A stretch of DNA of 64,000 nucleotides, taken from an uncultured Chloroflexia bacterium. Its GTDB lineage: Bacteria; Chloroflexota; Anaerolineae; Anaerolineales; Anaerolineaceae. A model generated the notes under the pieces. That model worked only from the letters and a program-made list of their open reading frames with translations. It was not told the origin of the DNA and searched no databases. A program made the translations under genes and the position numbers. Each line of letters begins with the position of its first letter. The stretch's first letter is position 1. This document shows, one piece after another, positions 37,351 through 47,073 of this stretch. The DNA lies in contig CAVXXH010000004.1 of assembly GCA_963765655.1 (NCBI GenBank), positions 21,040 to 85,039 on the forward strand, read 5' to 3'.

Positions 37351-38802
37351 TTATCCTTTAACCACGGCTAACGGGACTAATCTGGCTATTTTCCTTGCAA
37401 GGCCCGCCCCACAGACTGCTTCAATGACTTGGTCCACGTCTTTATATGCACCAGGCGCTTCTTCAGCTAAACCAGACATAGATCCAGCTTGAATGTAAAT
37501 TCCCTTTTTTTCCAGATCGATTTTTAGTTGGTCTCCCCGAATTGCCTTTTTTGCTTTTTGACGGCTCATCAGACGCCCTGCACCATGGCAACTTGAACCA
37601 AATGAGCGTTCCATGCTTGTCTTCGTGCCTGCAAGCACCCAGGAAGATGTTCCCATACTGCCAGGGACCAATACAGGTTGACCTGTTTTGGAAAATTCGT
37701 CCGGGATGCCGCTTGAGCCTGGTCCGAATGCTCTCGTTGCACCTTTTCGATGAACACATACTTTTCGTTGAACCCCATCCACTAAATGATCTTCAATTTT
37801 TCCAATATTGTGAGCAATATCGTACACCTGATAAAGTTGCCAGTTTTTTACCTTTCCCGCCAATACCTGTTCGAATGCTCTTCTTGCCAGGTGAGCCAAC
37901 ACCTGTCGATTACAAAATGCATAATTGGCTGCCGCGCGCATGGTTGCCAGGTAATCCTCCCCTTCCTGTGAATTCAAAGGGGCACAGACCAATTCCCGAT
38001 CTGGAATCTTGATCCCATATTTGTGAATCGTTTTTTGAAAAGATTGAACGGTATCACTACAAACCTGATGACCAAGACCGCGGGATCCACAATGGATCAT
38101 AACCGCAAGATTTCCTTGTTGTAATCCAAAGATTCTTGCTGTCTCCTCATCAAAAACCTGTTCGATCAGGTCAATTTCAATAAAATGGTTGCCACTTCCG
38201 AGTGTTCCTAATTGAGGCAACCCCCTTTTCTTTGCTCTTTCACTTAATTTTTTGGCGTTCGCCCCTGGAATACAACCGTTTTCCTCTGTTCTGCGTAAGT
38301 CCTGTTGGGTGGCATATCCATTTTTAATTGCCCATTGAGAGCCATCTTCACATATTTCTTCCAACTCTTTCAAAGATAGGTGAATGCCACCTTCAGATCC
38401 TACACCACTCGGGCAATGATGGTCCAAGGCAATAACCAGTGGTTGAATTTGATCTTTTACACTTTCATAGGATATCTGTGACGCCAGCAAACGAACACCG
38501 CAATTGATGTCATAACCAATTCCACCCGGCGAGATGACACCTGTAGAAACATCGGTGGCTGCCACTCCTCCGATTGGGAACCCGTATCCCTGATGCATAT
38601 CTGGCATCACAACGACCGAACCTACCACGCCTGGAAGTGTCGAAGCATTTATAGCCTGTTCAACAGATAAATCGGATAAACTCTGTTCTAACATTTTTCG
38701 GGTTGAAAATATTCTTACCGGCACACGCATATCAGATCGGAAATTTCTGGGAATTTCCCACTCATATTCACTTATCTTCTTAAAATCAGTTACAGCAACC
38801 AT
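37351..38802 (-). CDS. rtcB: RNA 3'-phosphate ligase RtcB
   Basis: [44 protein letters not shown] and SSCHGAGR. Confidence 0.95.
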   Translation of the reverse strand: MVAVTDFKKISEYEWEIPRNFRSDMRVPVRIFSTRKMLEQSLSDLSVEQAINASTLPGVVGSVVVMPDMHQGYGFPIGGVAATDVSTGVISPGGIGYDINCGVRLLASQISYESVKDQIQPLVIALDHHCPSGVGSEGGIHLSLKELEEICEDGSQWAIKNGYATQQDLRRTEENGCIPGANAKKLSERAKKRGLPQLGTLGSGNHFIEIDLIEQVFDEETARIFGLQQGNLAVMIHCGSRGLGHQVCSDTVQSFQKTIHKYGIKIPDRELVCAPLNSQEGEDYLATMRAAANYAFCNRQVLAHLARRAFEQVLAGKVKNWQLYQVYDIAHNIGKIEDHLVDGVQRKVCVHRKGATRAFGPGSSGIPDEFSKTGQPVLVPGSMGTSSWVLAGTKTSMERSFGSSCHGAGRLMSRQKAKKAIRGDQLKIDLEKKGIYIQAGSMSGLAEEAPGAYKDVDQVIEAVCGAGLARKIARLVPLAVVKG

Positions 38803-38817
38803 AACTCTCCTAATCCA

Positions 38818-39237
38818 TCATACATCAAAAACGATAACAACCGAATACCCTTGCTTTGATTTATTGATTTTCAGGTTATGAAAGGTAACTGCTTTAATTT
38901 CTTTTCGCATGCTCATAATTTTCTTAAAAAGTAACCTGCCATTAATTTTCTCGTTTTTCACATAAATTTCCGTTACATTTGCACACATATGTTCTTGTTG
39001 AATTTTATAATTACATTCATTCAATAACCCAACTAACATACTTTCCAAATCGATATCTTCTATGCAAAATTCATGGTACTTTCCAGAATCATTAATATCC
39101 ACGTCTATTTCAATGATGCTGTTCATGCCAGCAACAGATAATTTGAAAAGATCTTCTAGGGTGGTAGCCCAAATTCTCAATGAAATATCTGCAGTGTGTT
39201 CAACTTCCACAAAACCATTCGGCTTATCGGGTGTCAT
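38818..39237 (-). CDS. Archease (RtcB activator)
   Basis: VEHTADISLRIWA near the N-terminus, about 139 aa, immediately downstream of rtcB. Confidence 0.85.
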   Translation of the reverse strand: MTPDKPNGFVEVEHTADISLRIWATTLEDLFKLSVAGMNSIIEIDVDINDSGKYHEFCIEDIDLESMLVGLLNECNYKIQQEHMCANVTEIYVKNEKINGRLLFKKIMSMRKEIKAVTFHNLKINKSKQGYSVVIVFDV

Positions 39238-39272
39238 TGCCAGTTTTTCCTTTCGCTTTATAATTATAAAAT

Positions 39273-40043
39273 ATGAGATCTATATTTGAAAAAATTGAAA
39301 AACAATTGCAGAATTTAATTGAGAGCAGAATTCAAATATTCCCCTGGAACTCTCTCCAGAAATCAGTCGCCATTTCTATCATTCATGAGTTGCGTGATGA
39401 ACTGATAAAAGCAATTGATAATAACGAACCATTACCCAATATCTATTCTATTTCTGTCCATCCAGAAATCTATACAAATCTAAGTTCTGATCAGCAATGG
39501 ATTCAAGAAATCCAAAAAACTTTAAGCGAAAGTGCTGAAGACTACGACTCATATTTCACGGGAGAAATCAGCATCGAATTTTTTGCCGATCCTGAAATCC
39601 TCAAATTGAATGAATATAGAATTAACTCTTATTCAGTTGTTAATGAAATTGAAAAAACTGCGGTACTTAAAACAAATCAAAATGTTCGCGAAAATAAAAT
39701 ATTTAGATCCGATGCATATCTCTTGCTCCCAAATAAAGATATTTTCCCTTTAACGATTGCAATCACCCAAATAGGTAGAAAAAATGACAACCATCTAATC
39801 ATCGATGATCCTATCATAAGCAGGAATCACGCACAAATTCGTAATATAAATGGTAACTTTGTAATTTTTGATTTAAATTCAACTTCCGGCACGTTCGTAA
39901 ATGGCATTAGAATTAAACAAGCTTTGCTTCGTGCAGGTGATGTCATTTCAATTGCGTCTTTTCCATTAGTTTATGGAGAAGAAAGCGACTCGAATGATTT
40001 TGACTTTGGTTCCACAGCAGAAATTCCAAGAATTGTAGAGTAA
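39273..40043 (+). CDS. FhaA-like protein (DUF3662-type N-terminus plus C-terminal FHA domain)
   Basis: The C-terminus IGRKNDNHLIIDDPIISRNHAQI...FVIFDLNSTSGTFVNG is a canonical FHA domain. Confidence 0.8.
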   Translation: MRSIFEKIEKQLQNLIESRIQIFPWNSLQKSVAISIIHELRDELIKAIDNNEPLPNIYSISVHPEIYTNLSSDQQWIQEIQKTLSESAEDYDSYFTGEISIEFFADPEILKLNEYRINSYSVVNEIEKTAVLKTNQNVRENKIFRSDAYLLLPNKDIFPLTIAITQIGRKNDNHLIIDDPIISRNHAQIRNINGNFVIFDLNSTSGTFVNGIRIKQALLRAGDVISIASFPLVYGEESDSNDFDFGSTAEIPRIVE

Positions 40044-40045
40044 AA

Positions 40046-40477
40046 ATGACAGCTATAGTGGTGCTCATCTTAAGAATCATACTAGCAATCCTTTTACTAG
40101 GGTTTGTGGGGTTATTGTTTTTAACAACCTGGCGTCAATTAAAAACACAGATAAAGCTGCTTTCTCCTGATTTATCGTTCAATATTCGCATTTCATTTAA
40201 AGAAAATCCGGAACAGGAAGTATTTGTAATAAAACAAACAGATGTTCTCCTGGGGCGTGATCCTAACTGTAAGGTTCATATTCCAGATGAAACTATTTCT
40301 GCGCAACACGCAAGGTTGTATTTAATTGATCAAAATTGGTGGATACATGATCTGAATTCAACCAATGGAACATTTCTTAATGATGAACGTATTGACCAAC
40401 CCTGTATTTTAGCTGACAATGATATTCTGCAAGTTGGTAATGTAAAACTAATTATTCATATAACCAATTCTCATTAA
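40046..40477 (+). CDS. Membrane-anchored FHA-domain protein (FhaB-like)
   Basis: N-terminal TM helix, then LGRDPNCKVHIPDETISAQHARL...WWIHDLNSTNGTFLN. Confidence 0.8.
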   Translation: MTAIVVLILRIILAILLLGFVGLLFLTTWRQLKTQIKLLSPDLSFNIRISFKENPEQEVFVIKQTDVLLGRDPNCKVHIPDETISAQHARLYLIDQNWWIHDLNSTNGTFLNDERIDQPCILADNDILQVGNVKLIIHITNSH

Positions 40478-40501
40478 TAATAATCTTCGAAGGAGTTACC
40501 A

Positions 40502-41365
40502 ATGTCTCACAAAATTGATCTCGGCGTCATTGGAGGAACGGGTATTTATCAAATGGAAGGTGTTTCAATCAAAGAAGATCTGGTGGTAGAAACTCCGTAT
40601 GGCCAACCCAGTTCACCGATCTTCATTGCTGATGTAGAAGGGAAAACAATTGCTTTTTTAGCACGACATGGTATCGGACACCAAATACCACCTTCTGAAA
40701 TTAATTACCGGGCAAATATATTTGCTTTAAAGAAATTGGGTGTCAAAAGCGTGGTTGCGATTTCTGCCTGTGGATCATTACGCGAAGATTTTGCACCTGG
40801 TGATATTGTGATACCAGATCAAGTTGTTGATTTCACGAAGGACCGTGTGAGAACATTTTTCGAGACAGGGTTGGTAACTCATGTAAGTACCGCAGATCCT
40901 TTCTGTCCACATCTATCACAGTTAATATATGAATCCGTCGTAGAGACTGGGACGAAAGTCCACAAAGGTGGTGCTTTCGTAACGATTGAAGGACCGCGGT
41001 TCTCAACCAAAGCAGAATCTAATTTGTTCCGGTCCTGGGGAATGTCTATTATTGGTATGACCACTTCACCCGAGATCTTTCTTGCGCGGGAAGCTGAGAT
41101 GTGTTATGCAGCCTTTGCGCATGTAACAGATTACGATGTGTGGCATATTAATGAAGAATCAGTAACTGTTGAGATGATCTTAAAAGTCCTCAAGAAAAAT
41201 GGTCAGGTAGCCAATGATTCAGTTTTGAACCTCATTAAAAAACTTGAGCCTTACGATTGTGAATGTCAGCATGCACTGTCCAGTGCAATAACCACCCATC
41301 CAGATTATGTGGATTCAAGCCAAAAAGAAAAACTCAGCATATTCATTAATAAATATTTAAAGTGA
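40502..41365 (+). CDS. mtnP: S-methyl-5'-thioadenosine phosphorylase
   Basis: LGVIGGTGIY, FLARHGIGH, EGPRFST and GMT..PE. Confidence 0.88.
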   Translation: MSHKIDLGVIGGTGIYQMEGVSIKEDLVVETPYGQPSSPIFIADVEGKTIAFLARHGIGHQIPPSEINYRANIFALKKLGVKSVVAISACGSLREDFAPGDIVIPDQVVDFTKDRVRTFFETGLVTHVSTADPFCPHLSQLIYESVVETGTKVHKGGAFVTIEGPRFSTKAESNLFRSWGMSIIGMTTSPEIFLAREAEMCYAAFAHVTDYDVWHINEESVTVEMILKVLKKNGQVANDSVLNLIKKLEPYDCECQHALSSAITTHPDYVDSSQKEKLSIFINKYLK

Positions 41366-43965
41366 ATCAGATCAAAAATCTTTTCTTTGTTGATAGAAAT
41401 CGTCTTCAATTAAGCCTCTTTATTTTGGGTGGTTTAATCCTGTTTCTGTACAGTACTGTACTTACCTTTGCGCCTGTTATTCGGTCAACAAGCTGGCAAA
41501 ATCCAATCAAGTGGGAACAATGGGTTGCATTCGTGGTATGGCTCATTCTCAGTTTCTTGATTCATATATCCAGTGTCCGTTACTTACCCAATCGTGATCC
41601 ATATATATTACCGATCGTGTACATTTTGACTGGAATTGGGCTACTTACTATCTTCCGTCTTTCGATTGCATTTGGATGGCGCCAATTAATCTGGTTTAGC
41701 ATTGGTTCTTTTGTTTTATTTTTTGGCGTCAAACTGCCAACAATTATCAACCTGTTGCGGCGATATAAATATATCTGGCTCTCTTTAGGTTTGCTTGTTA
41801 CAGTTTTGACATTCTTTTTTGGGATTTACCCTAGTGGGGAAGGACCTCGTTTATGGTTAGGATGCTGTGGAATTTACTTCCAGCCCTCCGAACCGCTGAA
41901 ACTGTTGTTTATCATCTACCTGGCTGCATTTTTTGCTGACAACTGGGCATTTCGAAAAAACCTGTCTGTTTTAATCATTCCTTCATTAGTCATGGTTGTA
42001 GCTGCCATTCTGATTCTTTTTGCCCAGCGAGACCTGGGAACTGCAACTATTTTTCTGATCATATATGCATTTTTTATTTTTATCGTTTCAGAGAAAAAAC
42101 GAGCTGTCTTCATATTTTTTACTATCATCGTCATAGCTGGATACTTTGGATACCAGAATTTTGATGTCATTCAGATCCGAATCGATGGCTGGTTGAATCC
42201 TTGGGTAGACGCATCCGGTGGCTCATATCAGATCATTCAATCCATTCAGGCAATTGCTGCAGGGCGCATTTTGGGAACAGGACCGGGGTTAGGAAGTCCA
42301 GGGATTGTCCCAGTTGCTATTTCAGATTTTATCTTTGCTGCAATCAGTGAAGAATTAGGTTTATTTGGAAGCCTCTTTATTATATGTCTTTTTTCTTTTC
42401 TAGCATTCCGCGGATTCTCGATCGCCATCAAGGGGAGAAATCAATATCAACGGTTATTAGCATCAGGAATCACTATATTCCTGTCAATCCAATCCATTCT
42501 TATTATCGGGGGAAGCACAAGATTTTTACCCTTAACAGGGGTGACACTGCCATTTATGTCCTATGGTGGATCCTCCCTTTTAACTGTATTTGTGGCAATT
42601 CTCATCTTACTCTGGATCAGTCAAAATCAAACGTCACGAGCTGTTGTTCAGGATGAAGCAAAACCTTATTTATTAACATATTCAATGATTATTATCATTT
42701 TTATTTTTATTTCATTGATCACAACTTATTGGGCTACCATACGATCCGATGGATTACTATCAAGAACCGACAATTTAAGGAAAATCATTAATGACCGTTA
42801 TGTTCCTCGTGGAGATTTGCTGGATCGCCAAAATAATCCAATTTTAATCACGACCGGTGATCGCGGATCATATGAACGGTTATTACTCGAGCCTTCACTT
42901 TCTACCACTGTGGGTTATAACCACCCATTATTAGGTCAGAGTGGATTAGAAGCAAGTATGGATCCATATTTGCGTGGATTAGCTGGAATTCCAACTTCAG
43001 ATATCTGGTGGAATGAATTGCTTTATGCCCGACCTCCGGATGGCAGGGACATCAGAACAACGATTGATCTGACCAGGCAACGCCAATTAGTCAATACCCT
43101 CCAGGATTTTAATGGAGCAGCTGTAATTATGAACGCAAAAACAGGTGAGATTCTGGGTTTATGGTCTTCACCAAGTTACAATCCTGCTCAACTGGATGAA
43201 GCTTGGGATGAATTATCGATTGATGAAAACGCCCCTTTGATTAATCGTGTTGCGCAAGGAAAATATGAAATCCGGGAAATATCTGGATTATTTTCTTATT
43301 CGTATTTAATTGAAAATTCCATCGAAATTGAAGAGGATAATTTCTTTGAAACAGGAAATTGTGCTTTTCCATTATCAAATCAGGAAAGAAACTCCTTGCA
43401 AATTACGCTTATGAATGGATGTGAAAATGCCAATCAATTCCTGAATTCGTTAATTGGTGATGGTAAAGAAAATGAAATGATTCAGAAATTTGGATGGAAT
43501 GAAAATTATACATTCGACCTTCCTTTTGAGCCAGTAACTTTGACAACCCCTGACTCTCAACAGGCACTCAGTGCTTTTTTATTGTCTCCGCTCCAAATAG
43601 CCAGGTCAGTCTCCGCATTTTCAAACGCAGGTGAAATGCCATACCCCAGATTGACTTTGGCAGTTAATACACCTAACCAGGATTGGGTGATTTTCTCTTC
43701 TAAAGAGCCAACTCGAGCGATAGATACGCTTAATGCAAACCAGACAGCCAATTACTTCGGTCGAAAAGATTATCCTGCCTGGGAAATAACCTCTTCAAAT
43801 GATCCAGGAGAAAATCTTACCCACTGGTATGTTACTGGAACGATGCCAGACTGGCAAGCGACACCTTTGGTTTTTGTATTGACGCTCGAAAATGGCTCTT
43901 CACAAGAAGCAAGAGACCTTGGACGTCGGATCATGGAACAAATTCTTACGACTGGGAGTAATTAA
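41362..43965 (+). CDS. SEDS (FtsW/RodA) glycosyltransferase fused to a class-B PBP-like domain lacking recognisable transpeptidase catalytic motifs
   Basis: GTG start overlapping the mtnP stop. The N-terminal ~440 aa has about 10 TM helices with SEDS motifs (QPSEPLKL, DLGTA, SDFIFAAISEELG, PLTGVTLPFMSYGGSS). The C-terminal part keeps the PBP dimerisation/pedestal signature (RGDLLDR, GQSGLEASMD, GAAVIMNAKTGEILGLWSSPSYNP, SPLQIA, HWYVTG). No SxxK or KTG(T/S) occurs at the expected places. Confidence 0.8.
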   Translation: MNQIKNLFFVDRNRLQLSLFILGGLILFLYSTVLTFAPVIRSTSWQNPIKWEQWVAFVVWLILSFLIHISSVRYLPNRDPYILPIVYILTGIGLLTIFRLSIAFGWRQLIWFSIGSFVLFFGVKLPTIINLLRRYKYIWLSLGLLVTVLTFFFGIYPSGEGPRLWLGCCGIYFQPSEPLKLLFIIYLAAFFADNWAFRKNLSVLIIPSLVMVVAAILILFAQRDLGTATIFLIIYAFFIFIVSEKKRAVFIFFTIIVIAGYFGYQNFDVIQIRIDGWLNPWVDASGGSYQIIQSIQAIAAGRILGTGPGLGSPGIVPVAISDFIFAAISEELGLFGSLFIICLFSFLAFRGFSIAIKGRNQYQRLLASGITIFLSIQSILIIGGSTRFLPLTGVTLPFMSYGGSSLLTVFVAILILLWISQNQTSRAVVQDEAKPYLLTYSMIIIIFIFISLITTYWATIRSDGLLSRTDNLRKIINDRYVPRGDLLDRQNNPILITTGDRGSYERLLLEPSLSTTVGYNHPLLGQSGLEASMDPYLRGLAGIPTSDIWWNELLYARPPDGRDIRTTIDLTRQRQLVNTLQDFNGAAVIMNAKTGEILGLWSSPSYNPAQLDEAWDELSIDENAPLINRVAQGKYEIREISGLFSYSYLIENSIEIEEDNFFETGNCAFPLSNQERNSLQITLMNGCENANQFLNSLIGDGKENEMIQKFGWNENYTFDLPFEPVTLTTPDSQQALSAFLLSPLQIARSVSAFSNAGEMPYPRLTLAVNTPNQDWVIFSSKEPTRAIDTLNANQTANYFGRKDYPAWEITSSNDPGENLTHWYVTGTMPDWQATPLVFVLTLENGSSQEARDLGRRIMEQILTTGSN

Positions 43966-43992
43966 TTTCAAGAATTTTGAGTTTAGCAAAAT

Positions 43993-45276
43993 CTAGGCAA
44001 CTTTTACCAGGTGATAATTCTTGCGGCCTTTTCTGAGGATTAAGTAGCGATTTTCTATCAGAGCGTCAGTTTTGATGAGTTGATCAACCTCTGTTAAACG
44101 ATTGTTATTGAGGTAAATACCGCCTTCTTGAATAGATCTTCTTGCCTCACCTTTAGATTTAGCAACACCACAATCGACCAGTAAATCAATAATTGGTTTT
44201 CCACCAGCTTCAAAATCGGTTCTGGATAGTTGAGTGGATTGTACATCTGCAAAAATTTCTTCAATATCTGATCCCGTCAATCCTTCTAAACTACCACCAA
44301 ATAAAACCTGTGTAGCCTCTTCTGCTCTGCTCAAAGCCGTTTCGCCATGTACAATGGATGTTATTTCCTTGGCAAGCCTCTTTTGGGCTTCTCTCTCTTC
44401 TGGACGTTCTGAAACAGAAAACTCTAATTCATCAATTACATCTTTAGATAAAAAAGTGAAATACTTCAGATAATTAATGACGTCTTTGTCATCTGTATTC
44501 AACCAGAATTGAAAGAATTTATAAGGAGATGTTCTTTCAGGTTTTAACCAGACAGAACCAGATTCAGTTTTACCAAATTTTGTGCCATCCGATTTTGTAA
44601 TCAATGGATATACCATTCCATAAACTGAATGACCGGTTATCCGGCGCACCAATTCTCCCCCAGCTGTAATATTCCCCCATTGATCACTTCCTCCAGTTTG
44701 CAAAATACAATTTTCATTCTGATGCAGGTGAAGGTAATCATAAGATTGCAGCAGCATATAGCTGAATTCTGTGTAAGAGATCCCCTCCTCACGATCAATT
44801 CTCGATTTAACTGAGTCCTTCGCCAGCATGTAATTAATCGTAAAATGCTTTCCAATATCTCTGAGGAAATCTATCAAATTCAACTTCATTAACCAGGATG
44901 CATTATTCAATACCCGGGCAGGATTCGCCTTAACCTTAAAATCGAGAAAATGCGCTAATTGCTGCTTGATTGATTCAACATTTTCTTCAATGATTTGATG
45001 GCTTAATAATTGTCTTTCTGCTGACTTGCCACTGGGATCACCGATCATACTCGTCCCACCACCCGCTAATGCAATCGGATGATGTCCAAAGCGTTGTAAT
45101 CGGGCTAATGCCAGTAAAGGAACCATGTGCCCAACATGCAAACTGTCGGCTGTAGCATCGAAACCATTATAAACGGTAACCTTTTTCTCACCTAAAATGC
45201 TGTCTATTCCGTCTACGTAGTCAAAAATCATTCCTCGCCATTTTAGTTCGTTAAAAGCATTCGTAATGATTGTCAT
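43993..45276 (-). CDS. tyrS: Tyrosine--tRNA ligase
   Basis: Start at [15 protein letters not shown] (AAGGTGG SD upstream); the ORF track extends to 45363. HIGH-type motif [14 protein letters not shown]-type KFGKTESG, and a C-terminal S4 domain. Confidence 0.93.
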   Translation of the reverse strand: MTIITNAFNELKWRGMIFDYVDGIDSILGEKKVTVYNGFDATADSLHVGHMVPLLALARLQRFGHHPIALAGGGTSMIGDPSGKSAERQLLSHQIIEENVESIKQQLAHFLDFKVKANPARVLNNASWLMKLNLIDFLRDIGKHFTINYMLAKDSVKSRIDREEGISYTEFSYMLLQSYDYLHLHQNENCILQTGGSDQWGNITAGGELVRRITGHSVYGMVYPLITKSDGTKFGKTESGSVWLKPERTSPYKFFQFWLNTDDKDVINYLKYFTFLSKDVIDELEFSVSERPEEREAQKRLAKEITSIVHGETALSRAEEATQVLFGGSLEGLTGSDIEEIFADVQSTQLSRTDFEAGGKPIIDLLVDCGVAKSKGEARRSIQEGGIYLNNNRLTEVDQLIKTDALIENRYLILRKGRKNYHLVKVA

Positions 45277-45409
45277 GTTATCGATACCACCTTTCGTGTA
45301 AAGTATTGGCAATTCTAACATGAACAAACACAAACCTGTGAATTCAAATCTAAACAGACACAAATCTTGAAGGATTGATTGAGTTACTTAATATTGAATG
45401 GTAAATTTT

Positions 45410-46318
45410 TCAGGATTTGTAAATATTCCTTAATGCACTTTCCAAATCCGGATATGTGAATTTAAAACCTGCGTCTATTAATTTAATTGGCGGGGTATTT
45501 TGACCATCGAGAACCAGAGTACTCTTTTCACCTAATAACAATTTCAATCCAAAAGAGGGAGTTGGAAACCAAAACGGCTTTTTCAGGACCTTAGCTATCA
45601 TTTTTCCAAATTCTTTATTTGTAACGACACCAGGAGCAGTCAAGTTAACCGGACCCGAAATGTTTTTGTGTGTTAACAAATATTCTATCGCTCTGACCTC
45701 ATCCTCAAGATGGATCCATGAGATCACTTGTCGGCCACTCCCCAAAGGACCCCCTATCAAAAGACGGAAAGGTAACACCATAAGTGGTAAAGCGCCAGAA
45801 TTCTTATCCAAAACAACCCCTGTTCGAATAATAACCCTGCGAACACCAACCGAATCCAATTCATTGGAAGACGCTTCCCAAACTTTTGCCACACTCGCCG
45901 GGAAATCCATTCCATTGGTGGACGATTCATCAAAAATCGCTGAGGTGCTTGTTCCATAATAACCTACTCCGGAAGCTTGAATGAATACTTCTGGCTTATG
46001 ATCAGAGCCAATGATCGCATTCGTTAAAACCTTTCCAACTTCAACCCGGGAATTGACAATTCGTTCTTTTTTGGTGTTGGTCCAGTAACCACTTCCAATA
46101 CTTTCTCCTGCAAGATTAATGACAGCATCAACTTCGTTAATAATTGAATTTAAAGAATCAGCCGATTCGAGCTCCCACTTCAAGAAATGCAATGCATCTG
46201 TATTTTTTCGATTTGATACATTGCGGGTTAAAACAGTAATTTCATTACCCGATTTGAGTAAATTTCCAATTAAAGATGTGCCAATAAGACCTGTTCCACC
46301 TGAAATAAGAATCTTCAT
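45410..46318 (-). CDS. TIGR01777/YfcH-type NAD-dependent epimerase-family protein (with DUF1731 C-terminus)
   Basis: MKILISGGTGLIGTSL Rossmann motif. The C-terminus reads LGEKSTLVLDGQ...KLIDAGFKFTYPDLESAL. Confidence 0.8.
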   Translation of the reverse strand: MKILISGGTGLIGTSLIGNLLKSGNEITVLTRNVSNRKNTDALHFLKWELESADSLNSIINEVDAVINLAGESIGSGYWTNTKKERIVNSRVEVGKVLTNAIIGSDHKPEVFIQASGVGYYGTSTSAIFDESSTNGMDFPASVAKVWEASSNELDSVGVRRVIIRTGVVLDKNSGALPLMVLPFRLLIGGPLGSGRQVISWIHLEDEVRAIEYLLTHKNISGPVNLTAPGVVTNKEFGKMIAKVLKKPFWFPTPSFGLKLLLGEKSTLVLDGQNTPPIKLIDAGFKFTYPDLESALRNIYKS

Positions 46319-46561
46319 TGTATTTCCCTCAATTCAAAATATTGAGTTATTTTCAAGTCAATATCAAAATAATATTAACTTCAATTGTTTAACAAACTTT
46401 TACAGAATTTTAACTATTTTATAATATAATCTCTCAAATTCATTTTCACATTCATTGTATAGTTATCAGGATCTAAGAACAAGCTATTATTCATTTTCAA
46501 CATAAATGACTTATGCGTGATAATTAAAAGATATTTAGAATCTGCTATAATTTCTCAAGGG

Positions 46562-47068
46562 ATGATGTCTGATCAAGTACTTGTGCTTAATGCAAATTTT
46601 GAACCAATCAATATCTGTGACTTAAGGCGCGCCTTTGGATTGATACTCACAGAAAAAGCGACTCTGGTAAGTAATGGTCGTGGTTATTTCTACAGCATCA
46701 ATCAAAAGTTTCCGATCCCATCCGTTATCCGACTCCAAAGAATGATCCATCGACCAAGAGCACAGGTTCATTTAACCCGCAAAGAAATATTTCGGCGCGA
46801 TCATTTCACTTGCCAATATTGTGGTCATCATTCTTCGAATCTCACGATCGATCACGTAATCCCTAAACGCTTAGGGGGTGATTTCTCCTGGGAGAATCTG
46901 GTTACTGCCTGTTCTGTATGTAATCATAAGAAGGGTGGTAGAAACGTTCACGATGCTGGAATGAAATTATTGCGGATTCCCAAACCCCCGCCTGGTAATG
47001 CAATCTATCTTTTCGCGAGAAATAACTTCACAGATGAGGAATGGCTACCCTTCCTGCAGGGATGGTAA
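46562..47068 (+). CDS. HNH endonuclease-family protein
   Basis: VLVLNANFEPINI, CQYCG, LTIDHVIP...GG...WENLVTACS.CN..KG. The start is uncertain (GTG 46517 in the ORF track, or ATG 46562/46565). Confidence 0.75.
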   Translation: MMSDQVLVLNANFEPINICDLRRAFGLILTEKATLVSNGRGYFYSINQKFPIPSVIRLQRMIHRPRAQVHLTRKEIFRRDHFTCQYCGHHSSNLTIDHVIPKRLGGDFSWENLVTACSVCNHKKGGRNVHDAGMKLLRIPKPPPGNAIYLFARNNFTDEEWLPFLQGW

Positions 47069-47073
47069 TTTCA

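Noticed and set aside
36860-39237. The ybaK / rtcB / archease neighbourhood considered as a novel RNA-repair system.
   Set aside because: The rtcB-archease pairing is well established and widespread. ybaK is on the opposite strand, and its adjacency is most simply coincidental.
45277-45409. A T-box-like element upstream of tyrS (ACGAAAGGTGGTATCGATAAC resembles the conserved GGTGGTACCGCG T-box core).
   Set aside because: The leader is only about 130 nt. I could not find Stem-I features, a specifier loop with a Tyr codon in context, or a terminator/antiterminator pair. The match coincides with the AAGGTGG Shine-Dalgarno 8-9 nt before the ATG. An Rfam RF00230 scan would settle it.
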